From Perna viridis (taxonomy: Eukaryota), in assembly GCA_037379345.1 (NCBI GenBank), contig CM074511.1:16182001-16246000 (forward strand): a stretch of 64,000 bases of DNA, read 5' to 3'. Both the position numbers and the translations under genes were made by a program. Of this stretch, positions 39,947 to 54,900 are shown piece by piece. Position 1 is the first letter of the stretch; the number at the start of each line of letters is the position of its first letter. The notes beneath the pieces are model-generated. The model saw only the letters and a program-made list of their open reading frames with translations, was not told the origin of the DNA and did no database searches.

Positions 39947-41926
39947 CTGTAAAATATAAAAGCAAGCACATGTTTTCAAATACATGTAACGAGTTTAGTG
40001 TAACTAGTGGACAGTCGTAAGATGCAAAAGTTATGCACAAAGACTTGGTGGTTTTGAAATAACATTCACTGTACTACTTAGCTGTATTATCTCCGCAACA
40101 TCAAAAGACTGTTACAGTATTGTGGACATTTTGATCTAAGCCCCTCCCCTTGTCTCGAAAAAAGAAGGAAAAAAATTCAGTCATATTCTCAATGACCAGG
40201 GATATTTTATCCCAAATCATGACACTTTAATTTACAGTTTGGTGCTCTTTTCCCTGCAAAGTTCATTAAAAACATCTTTCAGCAGGCATAGCTGATATGG
40301 GGAAGATTATAGGCTGGTGGGTCCTGTCTTCTAGCTATTCCTTTCTATAGGAAATAGTTGTTTTTTTTTAATCTTGTCTAGTGCACTGTATAATTTTATT
40401 GTGATTATAAGCTGACATTTTAAAAGTTTTTTTTTCTGCCATGGCACTTGATATGGATCTATTAGGTGGTAAACCTACATTTAACCGAACCATACATAAA
40501 ATTCATTATGAAGAAGAAGATTTCTTTATCGATTATTTAAACATATTTCTTTATAATATGGTTGTTTTTATTCCATGATAGGTACAACATGTTGTGCCTA
40601 CTTGTTACCATGGAAACTACAAGAGCCTAATACTTAAGGTTGCAAAATGTCCTCATGCAGTTCATTTTGGAAATGATTTTACTGTTAAATTGGCCAACAT
40701 GGATTTTTCTAACATCTCCGATTAACAACTGTTTGATTTCACTTCCTTCATAATTCTTAACTCGTTTATAAATATTTTACAAAACGGTTATGATGTCAAA
40801 ATGACGCTTAAAGGAATAAAGTGAGATGTCTGACATACTTTAATAGAACCAGTAATTGATATTTGATCGAGAGAAAAATATTCGTACTCTAAATCATAAC
40901 TCAATTCTATAATGACATATGAGCTTAAAGTATGTTAACGATCATAATTGGCAGATAAATTGCTATATTCATGTTTTATCGCTTCGATTCCAATGAAAAA
41001 CGACTGTTACCAGATATGTTAATTGTCATATTTAATAAGTCTGTTTTGAACGGCTATGAAATAGACTGTCACAATTTGTTAATTTGAGGTATTTTTATCA
41101 TTTAAGAAACCTTAGATAAATTCAAGTGTATTAATTATTTCGTTTTTAAGGTCTTCGATAACAAATTATGATCTCTGCTATGTCAAATTGTTTTGTATTG
41201 AAAACACAAAATGTATTTTTCCGCCCAATTTTTTTTTTCAGCGGCAGATTAAGGCCAATCATGTTTATGTGAATAGGAAAATAATTTCCATGTCGCCAAG
41301 AGGGGTGTAATTACACCGTTTAATACCCTTTATCCACAAGTTAGATATAAACTAAAATCCCCCGTCGATATTTGAAAGAACCCATTTAAAAACGCCCTGG
41401 CAAATCTTCAATTTATGAAATTTATTAATGTTTTAAGTAGTTAAATACAAGTCGGTTGGGAGCATCCTACACTCATGGGATGTAGTTTGTTAGCAACCAG
41501 TGCCGTGCTTTTTCATAAAAATTTGATAGAAATTTAATAATTTCTGTTCTTAGCCAAAGTTATAAAACGGAAGTTATGATAAGTTATGATATCAGTCAAG
41601 AATAAGCCTGTAGGGTTTTGATGGGGCTGTAATTTCCTTCTTTGAAATCAACTTGGCATTACTACATTTACATGTAAATACATGTAACTTCTTTTGAATC
41701 AAATTTGACAAATGGTAATGGTTCTCTATCAAGGTTTCAACATTTAGACTCTTTCAATTTTGTATGTGTTATTGTTTAGGTGTTTTTCTGAAAAATCCAT
41801 TTTGATTTGTTTAATTACAGATGTCTCTAAATAGAGTAAATATACTACTCATTCAACATTTCAATATTCATACAGGACTCAATTAACAAATCTGTCTCAT
41901 ATCCAAATAACAGCCACCATACTTAC

Positions 41927-42080
41927 GCGCATAAACGTCGAACGTTTTCCACGTCGACACCAGAAAAGAAAGTTCTATCAGTCTTGTGTATATGGTCTAG
42001 CCACATGTGGTATTGATTAAAGCACTCGTTGGTGTAACTATGGACATCTACTGAACAGGAAGAGTAACATGTCTCTATAA
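41927..42080 (-). CDS. Gene B exon 2 (IETCYSSCSVDVHSYTNECFNQYHMWLDHIHKTDRTFFSGVDVENVRRLCA)
   Basis: gtttacag acceptor, gtaagt donor, phase 1->2. Paralogous to gene A exon 2. Confidence 0.9.
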
Positions 42081-44996
42081 CTGTAAACAAAAACAGAATT
42101 TTATAAACTTTGAAATATCTGATTGGAAGAGTACAAATGCACCCGGTGTGAAATTTTAGTTCTACCGTGGTTGGAATGTTAATATATAATTTTATCGATA
42201 GTAAACTTGCATGGAATTAGCAGATGTATCATTAGTTTATCAAATGTCCAGACTAGAACATGTTTGCTGAAAAAAAAGATGCAAGCATTTGGCAAGTTTC
42301 CTATTAACGATATAATAACAAAGATACTTGCATTGAGTGGCAAGATTTTTCTAAATGATAGTCGTACAAAAAAAAAAGCTGAGTTTAATATTTAAGCAAC
42401 TCAACGATACATGAACTAAACTAAGCCTAAATCGTATGCAAAAAGGCATTAGTTTGCATGTATCTGTTACAGAGACCACAAAGGATTGGGTTAAATATCA
42501 CAGCGTTATACCGCCTTAAAGAAAATAAGACCAGGAAATACTGTTGCAGCATCGCTTGCTCGAATTAATAAAGACGGATGTTAAGTTGTGCACAAGATGT
42601 TTATACACATGTACATTTAGTCTTTCACAACGTAAATGATTGGACACCCATGGGATTGTTCTAAGGATGAATCAGTGTAAGAAGGTGTTAAATATGTACC
42701 TCGGTCTGTAATCCAACTCAATACGAACTACATATTAACTAGTGTCGTAAAATGTTATGCTTTTTATCCCCTTCTCAAATCTCATTTACGACATTATTTA
42801 TGAGGTCACTGAAAAAAGGATATCTCAAGCGTGTAATTATACTGGCACCACGGTGTAAGTCGGTGTAATTAATACACTGTTGAAGTGAAACCAGGAGTTC
42901 AAGTAATGTTGAAAGCTTTTTCACGAGAGTTATACATCAGTAATGTCAGCAATTTTCATTTAAAAAAATCCGTTTTTATAACTTATAGTTAGCCAAATGA
43001 TTAACGGATTGTACGATATCCTTAAGGTTATTTAAGTTCAGGGCATAGTCCACCAAATCCTCTGCTTGTTTTCGGAGGCTTTAAGTTTCGAAATTTTAAG
43101 ATTTAAAATGTAAGTTGACTACACCATTCTTGGAACTGAATTCAGTTGAGAAATTTCTGTCCTCTGACACGGTAAAATTACCGACATGTATTTAGTAAAA
43201 ATGTATGGAGGTACATTATATGAGTAAGCAAATGTGTTGTCGTTTGATAAAGACACGTCTTGTATTCCATAAATTAATACATGCAGCTTTTTTCGCCAAC
43301 AACGTCGTGTGTGTTATGATATTACGACTTTCATAAACATTCTCCAAGAATGACAACACAAGAAAACATATTAGCATTAATTAATGTTGTTTTTGTTTTT
43401 AATTAGTCACATATTCTTTATGGCTGTAATAAGTCACTTATTAAAATTCTCTCGTCAAACTTTTGACAGTTGGTCTGGTACAGTGTGTTTCCACAACCAG
43501 ACAATGATCAACATAAGTCAAATTAAACATCAGGCAGTTGGTTAGGCATGTTTTAACAACATTATAATGAACTACCTGCTAAATATCAGAAAGTTCACAA
43601 TTGGTTATGACAATGCTCAAGAAGTAAGTAGTCTTACTAAATAGCAAGTAAATTGTAAACAAGACAAACAATTATATCTACAGTAACCATCCCCACTAGA
43701 TATCAGGCAGTTTAAAACAACTGGTTACGAATAAGTGATTTCGTGATTAAAAAATGTGTCGAAATTGTTATTCATCCTTGTAGCCTCTTTCAAATCTGAT
43801 GAATGAACGGAATAATATAGAGAAAAGGTCGAGTATCTTATTTTTTTTTATATCTTGGCGACGTCTGTAACGAGAAAGATTTAATTCTATTTACATCGAG
43901 TTTTTGATAAGCCAATTTTACTGCTTTTAATTCGAATGAAAAATCATTACTTTAAAACTACATTTACTTTTAAAGCAAAAATAATCGAGATTTAACGTTA
44001 AAATAGAAAATGCCATTTTTGATAGACACGATTTTATAACAGTTGATATTTGCTTTGATTTCATTTCAATGCTTTTGCACGAGGACAACCACGCTTTGCA
44101 CAAGCTAAACAGCTGTGCTGTAGTACTAAGTATAATTTACCAGTACAGTTTTGATAAACTGTAAAAACTAACGTTCTTGGAACATAAAGCTCGTGTTCAA
44201 TAGATATAACCGTTTGATGTAATAGGACAGTATATATATTAATGATGATTTAAATAAATTCTATTTCTATAGAAAATATTAGTAATTATAATTCTGTTGT
44301 AATTCAAGACTAGAAACTCGAGCGAGTTTTATGTAACAATGACTCAAAATTTTCTTCAAAAATTACATAATATACATTTGCAGAAAATGTAGGTTCAACA
44401 AGTAAATACGATCTAGTAAACTACTATAATGCCAAATGTTTTTCTCTGATCTCTTCGCCTCCGAGACAGATCTTTTTCCTATAAAACATCACTTCTAAGC
44501 AAAGTTCCATTAACATTCCCTATAAACTATCTCTAAGGGGCTTTAAAATGCATTTTATTTAATTAAATGCAAAATATCTCTGGGATACGGCGTAACTCGA
44601 TGTAATTATATTTGATAACATGTAAACAAAACATTGACTCTTAAGAAAGCAAACTACATGCATGTGTATACAATTAATATAGTTTTATCGTCATGACATA
44701 TACTATGAATGAAAACAAAACTTCGAACGATTATGTTTAGGATGAAAACATTCTATTCACTAATAGCGCTATGAAGTTTTTGTATACACCAACATATTAT
44801 CTGGGTCAAAGGATTGGATTCAGGATGGGTAGAGGTACAACGTGCATATAATATTTATTAATTTTATTTATTATTATTATCATTATCATCATAATTATTA
44901 TCCTGTAACTAGGCTTCTACTGTACACATAAATTATGTCAAATAACGCGAAGCTTTATTCCTCCACTGCATAATAACGTCTCCTGGTTACTTTTTT

Positions 44997-45066
44997 CGTC
45001 TGAATACAGCCGAAATGTTGCTGCTCGGACGTTAAACCCCAACAAACAAACAAACAAACAAACAAA
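44997..45066 (+). repeat. SINE 3'-tail fragment with (CAAA)n tail
   Basis: ctgaatacagccgaaatgttgctgctcggacgttaaaccccaa(caaa)n. Homologous to 31523-31585. Confidence 0.65.
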
Positions 45067-45914
45067 TACTTTTTCAGTTATGAGCAAAGTCAAAACAGGA
45101 AACAGATGACCAGTTTATAGTTGCACACGCCAACTGCTGCACTCAAATTACTGCTAAAAAATCAACTTTTTAGGGCAAATTTCGCATGTTTTATTTAGAA
45201 AATGGGGTTGCATGATACAAACAAATCAAATAAATTTAATATTTTCCGGCAATATACATGTATTGCATATCTATTCGAATCGCCGTTTAAAGAATCTAAT
45301 TAAAAACGAAACAATGCAAGTTCTAGTCTACACCGACAGTAATAGGAATGAAGCCAGTTTTTTTTTTAATTTTATTTATTGTATTCGATAAAAACTATTT
45401 TTTCTATCTTCTCAGAAATCATTTATGAGCAAACTGATCGTGATGCACGGGCAATAAAACCTGTTATAAAATTAATAAATTACTGCAAATCAGTGTTAAG
45501 ACGGGTGAACATTTGTTTCCACACGTCTCGTTACAGTGTTTGGCCATCTATAACTCCCAACTGTCAAGAATGTTACACCTGCCGCGAGTCGGGCGCACAG
45601 TAAATCATTGCTAAGAATTTTCAGTATTCGCCATTCTTGCTTCCTTGGAAGCTGAAAGAATTTAGAAATCTCCATTACACAAAGATTTGCCTTCATAAAG
45701 TGCACACTGCATGAAATGACTTTCCACAAGTTTACTAGTTTATGATGCTAATAAAAATAGAACAATTACACAAGATTCGTATAAAGCAACATCGTACAAA
45801 ATATGCAGATATAATCAAATGACCCTTACCAAGAAACTAGTTGAGCAAAACTAGAAAAAAATACTAACTAGATTAAGTCAACTTACTTTGTCTAAGATAC
45901 TGGTCTATCCTTTA

Positions 45915-46132
45915 CAGTGAAACCCGTCTGAACAGAATCTCTTAGTGATTGGAGGAATTGTTCGGTTTAAGAAGGTGTACGTTTAATATAGGTTCTAAAT
46001 GTACTTGAATTTCGAAAGAATTCTGGGCGGTGTTCGTTTTAAATAGGTTCAAAATGTACTTGAATTTCGGAAGAATTGTGGTTTGGACAAGTCATCAGTT
46101 TATTCAGGGTTCGGTTTATACAAGTTCAACTA
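45915..46132. mobile_element. Tc1/mariner-type MITE remnant
   Basis: TA|CAGTGAAACC start, degenerate inverted right end, internal ~46-bp duplication (ataggttc.aaatgtacttgaatttcg.aagaatt). Confidence 0.5.
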
Positions 46133-47489
46133 ACAGACGCTTAAGTAAGTACGTAAAGTACGTAAAGCAGTTGGAATGGACAACTAGAATTGCCATTGCA
46201 AGCAAAAGCGAATGTCGCACCGGTAACATTTTCAGTTTTGATTTTTTTTTTAAATACATAGTAATGAAGTTCGGTATAATAGTTACATTTGTTGAACGTT
46301 TTGTTATTAGTCAACAGTAGTTTTTAACATGTTTAATATTCCACAGACTAAATTGCTTTCTGGTCTTTATTCATGCATTATGCACAGTATCAACACTTTG
46401 TTTATTTTGGCTTAGCTTATAGGATCATGAGTTCTCAATTTTTTGTCTATAGCCCATGGACACAAGCAGTTCATTTCGTTTAAATCGTAAATTATTTTGT
46501 AGATCACAAAAGATTCGTACATCAAATCGATTCTACAAGTTTATTTTTGTATCAAAACATTCCGTTCATTTTCATTTCAAACGATTACATTATGTGCATG
46601 AAATAGGCAATTTCCCTCCTCCTTAACCCAAGTTCAAATTTTTAAAAGGCGGTGAGATTTCATGGCCTATGTCAATATTTATATTGTAGAAAATCAAACT
46701 AATTTACCGTACGCCAACTGACATTGAGTAGTATTACAAGAGAGATAGATTACTAAAGAAAAATAACTATTCGATATGTTTTTATACAACAAATGACATA
46801 AAAGCTCTGCGATCGAAAGGTGGACCAAGGGAATTTTCAATTTTCTCGGAGATTCGTGCATTTAAAAAACGGAATATTTAAATTTCCAAGTCTAAAGTAA
46901 ACTTTATGATTAAGTTTTCTAAATAACTTTTACTTAATGGACAAAATGAAAGGGATCGTGGTCGTCTTTAATCCCCCTGTCAATGTTGGCATGTCTGTGA
47001 TGCAGACGACTTCTGTTAAAGGTGTACATAATGTCAAAACAAAGCAGGAATGACTTAAAACGGTCGGTCAATAGACGAATCCTCATAAATTGTAGTATGT
47101 GTGTAGGCTTTTATATTTTAAATGTGAAACTGAAAGTGGAAAGCATACAGCGTGTGATATGGAATCCTGGATGTTTATGCAAATCTAGTTCAATACAACT
47201 TTCTCTTTCAAGTCAAATCTTGGAAAGACATGGAATTTTGTTCCTTCCCTTTTTTCTTAATATATTTCCGGTTTATTCGATAATTCATTTTAAAGAAAAA
47301 AAACATTTTGTCATATGATCGTCTTTCTCATTTATCAATTTACAGGGCATTATTTTAGATCAACTATCAATTGTAATATATCAGCTGAGGAGAGAAGAGG
47401 GTAGTATCTACCAACAAATCCTGTAATATTTCTTACTGACAATGAACTTTTCTTAGCTTTACCATATTCATCGTTTTTCGGCTCTTTTT

Positions 47490-47703
47490 AGGAGGTAGAC
47501 CTAGAGTAAGGGACATAACTCTCAAAATCAGTGATATGATTGTATCATATTTAATTTCACCAAAGCCTATCAAACTTTTATTTGAAACAGAATGAAATCA
47601 ATCCAAGTTACTTTGATGCTTAGATGAGATTGATGTAAAATGCTGAATACAAACGTTCCAATGATTTGTAAGAGTTGTGTCCCTTATCTTATGTATACCT
47701 CCT
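47490..47703. mobile_element. Kolobok-like MITE, longer copy
   Basis: ~40-bp imperfect TIRs starting AGGAGGTA, TTAA-like flanks (ttta / ttaa). Homologous to 27972-28136. Confidence 0.75.
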
Positions 47704-48159
47704 TAATTGTTATTCAGTAATTTACATACTCTCGTGAAATCTAATGGATGAAAAGATCGCCCCATAGACTGTGTCTTCAGTATTTAATCAGAAGTTTGGC
47801 AACTAGAGTTGTCCTGGTGATACTGGGAGTAGATTAAATGACAATGAAACTTATCAATAAGATATTTCCTATTTCGAATACAAAAAAAACTTCCACAAGC
47901 GCAGCATAATACAACCACCGCCATTTGAACTCTAATCATTTCAAGCCAGTGTGGACACAATACTGTTTTTGACATACTTAAACATAAGGACTAATAGTTC
48001 ATTATGAGCTCAACAACTCATTTAGATACAATATTGCACAATATAATTTTGAAATTCAATTAAGTACAAAGTTCTGCCTCTGGGTTCTTTCGTGGATTAC
48101 TTTTTACCTGATTATCTCAAAAACAATAAATGACGGAGTAAATTTGCTGAGCTCATGGA

Positions 48160-48322
48160 AAGGCAGGGATTTTCATAAGAAATCCAATTAAAAAACAATC
48201 CAAATCGCACTAAAATGAAAAAGTAGATTTTGGGGGGGGAAAGGCAGGGATTTTCATAAGAAATCCAATTAAAAAAAAATCCAAATCGCATTAAAATGAA
48301 AAAAAAGTAGATTTTTGGGGGC
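48160..48322. repeat. ~80-bp tandem duplication
   Basis: aaggcagggattttcataagaaatccaattaaaaaa.aatccaaatcgca.taaaatgaaaaa..gtagattttggggg occurs twice. Confidence 0.85.
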
Positions 48323-51300
48323 TTGGCACCTTGCAACTTGAAAACCAGAAGAGATATCTGAAATCTAATTGAAAAATGCAGGCAGGCGCTTTCTTGAGGA
48401 ATCTAATACAATTTTTTTTCAAAATCAGACTAGAAATAAAAATGTATTTTTTAGGGTGTGGACTCACTTTGACCCCCATAGACTGACAGTGCTAATTGCC
48501 ATTTAATCTCTGTTGAATATACTTAAAACAGAATTTCACACGAAACAATTTTTTTAAAAAATTCAAAATTGAATGAGAAGTAAATCATCTAAATTAATTT
48601 TGAATAAACATATTTTAATAATTTTTCACCATTTTTTACAAAACGGTAGGGACCGGTGACCCCAATTTAGATACCAAACTTCCTGTAGCCGCAGGACTTC
48701 CTATAGTAACAATATATGAAAATTTCATGACATTCGGTTCACTAAAACTTGAAATATGGCACGGAAAAGTAAAAAATAACAACGACGACCACGACATCAT
48801 AACGTAATACATTACATTGCAGGGTTTTGGCGTTAAACATCATTTTATAAAATACTTATACAAAAAAAAAAGGAAGTCAAAAACTAAATGTGAAAGAAAA
48901 TCGCTAACATACTGCGTTTGCTTCAGCTTCTTACGAAGAAATCTATGTAGACAAGACCCAATAATACAGATTTTACGAAAACTGTAGAAACATTCTAGAC
49001 ATTTTCATACTTCATATTTAATAAGCTGTGAGATGTACAGATAACAGTTACTATTGTCTACGTTATTTTACTTTTTGAAAGAACATTTTATTTTTAAGCC
49101 AATATATGCCCAGGGACTATTAAATGGACAATGTGGTGTAATAACGAAGTAACAGAGACAAGGAGGCGTTTACGGGTCATTTAAGTTCAGAATTACAATA
49201 GTGTATTGGTACAACTAAGCGTTTGGACATTTATTGAGATATGTTACCACATGACTAATATCTGACGTTTATCTATGTTATAAATTGCCCAAGAAACAGA
49301 TGGACGAATTTCGTGTCACAAGCCGCTTTCACGGCAGTTTATTGCTGGTTTCTGAGACATGTAGCTTAAGTGCAAATATTAAAATGTAAGACATGTTCAC
49401 AGTAAGATGATCCAAATGGACAAGACAAGATAAGGAAATATTACATATGGTGTGGAAAGAGAGGGCATTCATTGCACTGCCATCCCAACAGAATATCTGT
49501 ATTTTAAGTTCCGTCATTTTTTAATGCGTTGCTCAATTAATAATATCACAAAACTTCAGCTAAATTTACTAGACAACATTTACTCCTAGTTTTAAGAATA
49601 TTTGACTGGACTTCAAAACAAACCAAGATGTTTAAACATTTGCTAATAATTTCTATATAAAAATAAATTCTGGTCTTTATAATGTATCTCTTCCCCTGGC
49701 CTGTATAGTATGTGCAACACTGAATAATTGCGATTTGAATTTCAAGTCGTATTAACTTGAAATGTACACTCTTTCTGTCTATAGAACTCGTTAGTCCTTA
49801 TGGACGTTAAAATAGGATTGTAACAAGTCAATTTATGTTGGTAGAAAATATTTACATTTTTGTTCCAATTATCGGTCATTCAACAATAGTTAGCATTTTT
49901 ATTTATGCTCTTTGTCATACAAGTTACTTAAATGACAAGAAGATATTACATGAAACCCTAAACCTGAAACTCAATACACTGCATAGGTATGCTAAATTAT
50001 TCCTTTAATTGACATGGTGTCTTACTCTATAATTTTCTACCATTGTTTTCGTGATATCAACTTTAAACTGTCAAATAAAAGTGTGATATATCACAGCATA
50101 ATGCAGATATCATACTGTTTGCCGTTTTCTAATTTTACAATGCAAACAAATGATAACTAATTTACAAATATACATGTCAGCGTGACATTTGAACTAGGTT
50201 TAGCACCGACATAAAAATTTCAAGTATATTTTCATTCTCCTTTCTCTGGTTGCAATGCAGCCTTTCAGTGTGTTGGTTAGGTCTCCATGTATAACATTAA
50301 ATATTTTATCCATTTTCGGCCTCTTGTCAATGAAAGTTTTGTCTTAAATACCTTTTTACTAAGTACATGTAAGCGTGACGCAACGATTATATAAAGGTCG
50401 TGTTTTTTTTCGGATTTACCATTGGAAAAGAGTGATTAGCTCTATTTGGCAGATTAATATATTTGACATTTTTTCAAAGTGTAGATATGGATTTTTTTCA
50501 TTTGATACAAGTCTAATTAAAAGTTAATTATAAGAAACAACTCTCTGGTTGAGAAATATAACTAATATTAACTAAATAGTCCCCATTTTACAAACTTTTC
50601 TCTTTCAAAAAACTACCATGTCCACAAGAACATGCCATCATATAGATACCGAGTGGTAAAGTTGAATGTATCAACCTATCGCAACGGTTTTGTTTTCATC
50701 GTAAATCCCGCTAATATTTAACAATTGTAATCCATATATGTCAGGTTTAATCTTCAGCCACAATCGATATGTGCTACCCCCCCTGGCGGTATTTGTCTGA
50801 ATTTAGCTAGAATAATAAAAATGTCACAAACTTCGTAACACAAATTTTCTTCTTTTTTTCAGTTTGAATTTTTTATTTGCTGTCATTTCTCTGTATGTGG
50901 TCATGGTCTGTCTAATCAGTCATCATTGAAAAAAATAAAAGTAGACCTTATGTTTGTTGAAATCTAGCAAAGCCTCTTTAAAATACAGGTATTATGACAC
51001 AAAACAAACACTTAATATATTTCAATATTTACTTTCTAATATTACATGCTAGTAATATGAGGAACAAACAATAAAATTCTTAATCACTTCATGACCGCTG
51101 CCTACTCCAGACCTCTTGATTTTATAAGATTATCGGTATCGATCATGTTAATCGCCACTCAAATGATTTTTAAGCTGATCATAATAAAAATCTCAATTTC
51201 ACATTATCCGCTGTATTTAAATTAAATCAGGCATTTATGGACAACGATAAGAAAAGTTGAAGTAAAGGGTTAGCGGGCAGTTTAATGTAATGTGTGTATG

Positions 51301-51871
51301 TTAGTAAACGATAAAATAGCCCAGATATCTTTAGATCTGAAAGAATGTTTACATTATTTGCTCTTTTGAATACATTTACGGCTTAAGACTATAAACACCG
51401 TCTGGATATAGATACTTAAACGGTGTACCTTGATATAGGCTAGTACTAAATAGCAAGTAACATCAACTCGACAAATAATTACAACCCATAAACTCCGTTA
51501 TTTCTTTCCCATTTTCGGTCTCAACAACATTGCACAGTCGCTCGGCTGAAGATGAGAAGGGTGGGTTAGAAATCATCATGACTTGGCATCCAACCGTCAG
51601 CATCAAGCTGTATATATTAGGTTATTGACACGTAATGAGACACCACGCAACAACGCAAGCCTTTTATATGCATTATTACTTTAGATACATGTACAACGTC
51701 CTCACGGTACTCAGGTACTGAGGATACATGTACTTCTGAATATCATTATTGAACGGAACTTCAACTGTAATGGAAGTCTTTTAAGTTTTAAGATATCTAA
51801 CCAGGATTAATAATCAACCGAATGATGTTTGATTGATTTCCTTGTATCTTGTGTTTGACAATTTTTTCTAA

Positions 51872-51944
51872 CTACATGTAAGTCAGTAGAGACTTGCCCA
51901 TGACTACCTACATGTAAGTCAGTAGAGACTTGCCCATGACTACC
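51872..51944. repeat. 36-bp tandem duplication
   Basis: ctacatgtaagtcagtagagacttgcccatgactac x2, exact. Confidence 0.85.
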
Positions 51945-54900
51945 AATTTTGAACTGGTGTGTATGAAAATTTTTTTAACCTACACCAATTCAATCATAGG
52001 TTCTACCTTAAACTTAGTTGCATGTACCAAAAGTGAATAAATGGAATTATCACCACATCTTTAACGTGAGTACCACGTGGACCTACAGTATGATATACAA
52101 GAAATATTTGCCCCGCTTAAGACTCGGGAGAAATCATCATCTACTTCTCCCTTAAGATATACTCCATTTAGATGACAGCACTCCCTAATGCACAAATCAT
52201 AAAAATTATAATTTCCAGCACGATTTCATGTTCAGCAAAATATTACATAAACTGGCATGTGTCTATCAGGCTATTTAGCAATCACCAGTTCAATTAAACA
52301 GTTTATCTACAATTATTGAGATAATTTAGACAGAGCCAGGATGCTGCACAATTTTATTTGACAGGCATCAGATTGTACGGCGATGCTAATTCGCCAGAGG
52401 CTTAAAGATGAAATGAATAAAATGGCTTTTGCTTATATAAACAACCACGCAGATGTTTTGGGAACATATGACTTCAGATCTTTTGAAGGATCTCACTATA
52501 AAGCAGATCACTCAAGAAGTTTAGTTTGATTAGATTTCTAAGTGGAAAAGATGCTTGCCCTGGCACCAAAAGAGATTCCTTAGTTTGTAATAAGCTTCTT
52601 CCTGACTATCCTACAACTTCTCTTGGACTCTCCTACCACCGTATAACAAGCTTTGTCCCATGTCCCATGTTCTTAACTTATGTGTTGCTACATTTTTAGG
52701 TAGATTTCACTTGTAGTCTCCATTTGATTGTATAATTTCACACGACTATCGAGTTTATTTTTGTTTTTTCTTCGTGTGTCAGTTTTAAAACAAATTAAAT
52801 ACGAGACAGCAACAAGAGCTTCTTCTCAATGAGATGACAGAACTATTTAATATAGTTATACTACCTCGCTTTTCGGAGCTCGCTAATTTTGAATATTATT
52901 TTTCAATTTTTGGGGTCAAAATTATTTTTGTTCCGAACATTACATTAATCAAAAATAATTTTGAAAATAATGTTAGGTTGTAATTCGGATAAGCCCGCTA
53001 ACTCACAAATGACAATTATTTCTCCGAAATTTTAGATATTACAGATGTTGCTAATGAAAAAAATGCTCTAGATAAATCGAAAGTAATCCATTCAGCGTTC
53101 TTGTCGAGATCAATGGCTAAATTTCACCAGGGTTTACCATTTATAGATATGAACAAACACAAACACGCGAGGCCAGTCTAGTCATATTGACTTGCCATCT
53201 ATCACATACGGCCACGACAAGTCTGAAACCGCAGGCACAGAAAAGGCTTAACGAGACGATTTACAATTTTATGAGCATCTTAATATAAACCAAACGTAAA
53301 CACAGGACTCTAACAGTACTTTATCTAATAATCTTCGCAATGATTTATAAATGGAGAGCGGAAAGGAGAAGACTGTATGTTTACAGACCATCGTTTAACG
53401 AGAATCCAATCTAAACCTATACAAATACATTACAATAAGACTTCAAACGGTCTCTATGACATCCTTATCGCAGAAAATGTTGAGAACAGGTAAAAAATGA
53501 ACAGGTGAGAAATGGAAATTGATAAAAAGTTAAATATTGACTTCGTGTTGTATTTGTACCAGGTGGATCGAGTCGGGGAAAGGTATAGAAAGGAACGTGC
53601 ATCCTTTCTTATAATCACAAACTCTTCCATTTTAATAGAAATTCATAATTGTCACATCATTCAACAATACCCATGATTTAGAAAGCTTATCATACGTTTG
53701 TTTTGTTGAACAAAACAAATCTGCTCAAAATCGATATTCTTTGCTTCATTTTGCTTTATACATAAAAAAAACTATTAATCCTGCTTTGCGCATACATGTA
53801 TGACCTCTTCAGAAGACGATCAGTACTCCGTTATTTCCCGTTATTAAATAATCGGTATTGCCTAAATTACAGTTCTGTTTATAGGTGCATTGTCGTGCAA
53901 AGACTTCAAAGGCCTCTAAAAATAAGTACCAACCCGAATTTGGTTGTCAAAAAGAAGAGCTGCCGTGTTAAAATTTAAAGAAAAAACTGTCAGAAAATTA
54001 ACCACTTTGTAATTAATCAACAAAGTTAAAATTCCATTAAAAACTACTTTCTGGAATAAGTTTACCTAACGGAAGTGTAAGATTAGAATTGTCGACATTA
54101 AAGTTTCAAATTGACATATTTTTCATCCTGTCAAAAAATTGGATCAAGTGTTGTAATTAATCTTGAATGTGCTTCATAAGTATTTTCATTATTAATGAAA
54201 CGTCTTGGAATGTTTAAAGTGACTGATAAACTCGAATTGAATATAAACCGTCTTCCGATGTATTGCTGTAGATTGACAAACGACCTTTCCAAAAGAGCCC
54301 GCGGGCAACATCATAACTTTATATCTTCTTGTTATCTGCTGTATATATTCCATTCAGAACACACTAAAACCCGGACACTTAAAATCCTATACTTTTGTTT
54401 GAAAAAATAAGCTTATATAAAGAAGCAATTAGGTGGCTAATATAGGATATGAACAATCATTAATCCCTGTTTTTTTCTTGTCATTTCTGATCTTAATGTT
54501 TATATTAACTATACAAGTGTGACTTCTTATTTTAATTTCTGCCTTCTAATAAAAATCATATTGTTGATCCAAAAGCAGGCAATTACTATTCATAGCTTCA
54601 AAATTATTCTGTGATAATATTGCAATATTGCATTATATATTTTCACAAATCTACATTAAAATTTAAGATTAGCTGTATGCATTTTTCACTAATCGGTTTT
54701 AAAACAAATGTTTAATTTATGAAATCTAAAAATCCATTTATTTTAATCACCAGGCAAAGTTTCCTGAAGTTTTTCTATCAGTTTCGTAAACATTTATATA
54801 TTAAGCTATCTCTCATTTATACATAGTTCGATAAGATAGCAAACTAGAAAATAGTTTTGTGGGAACTATTTGATACAAGTTAAAATACATCAACCACTTC

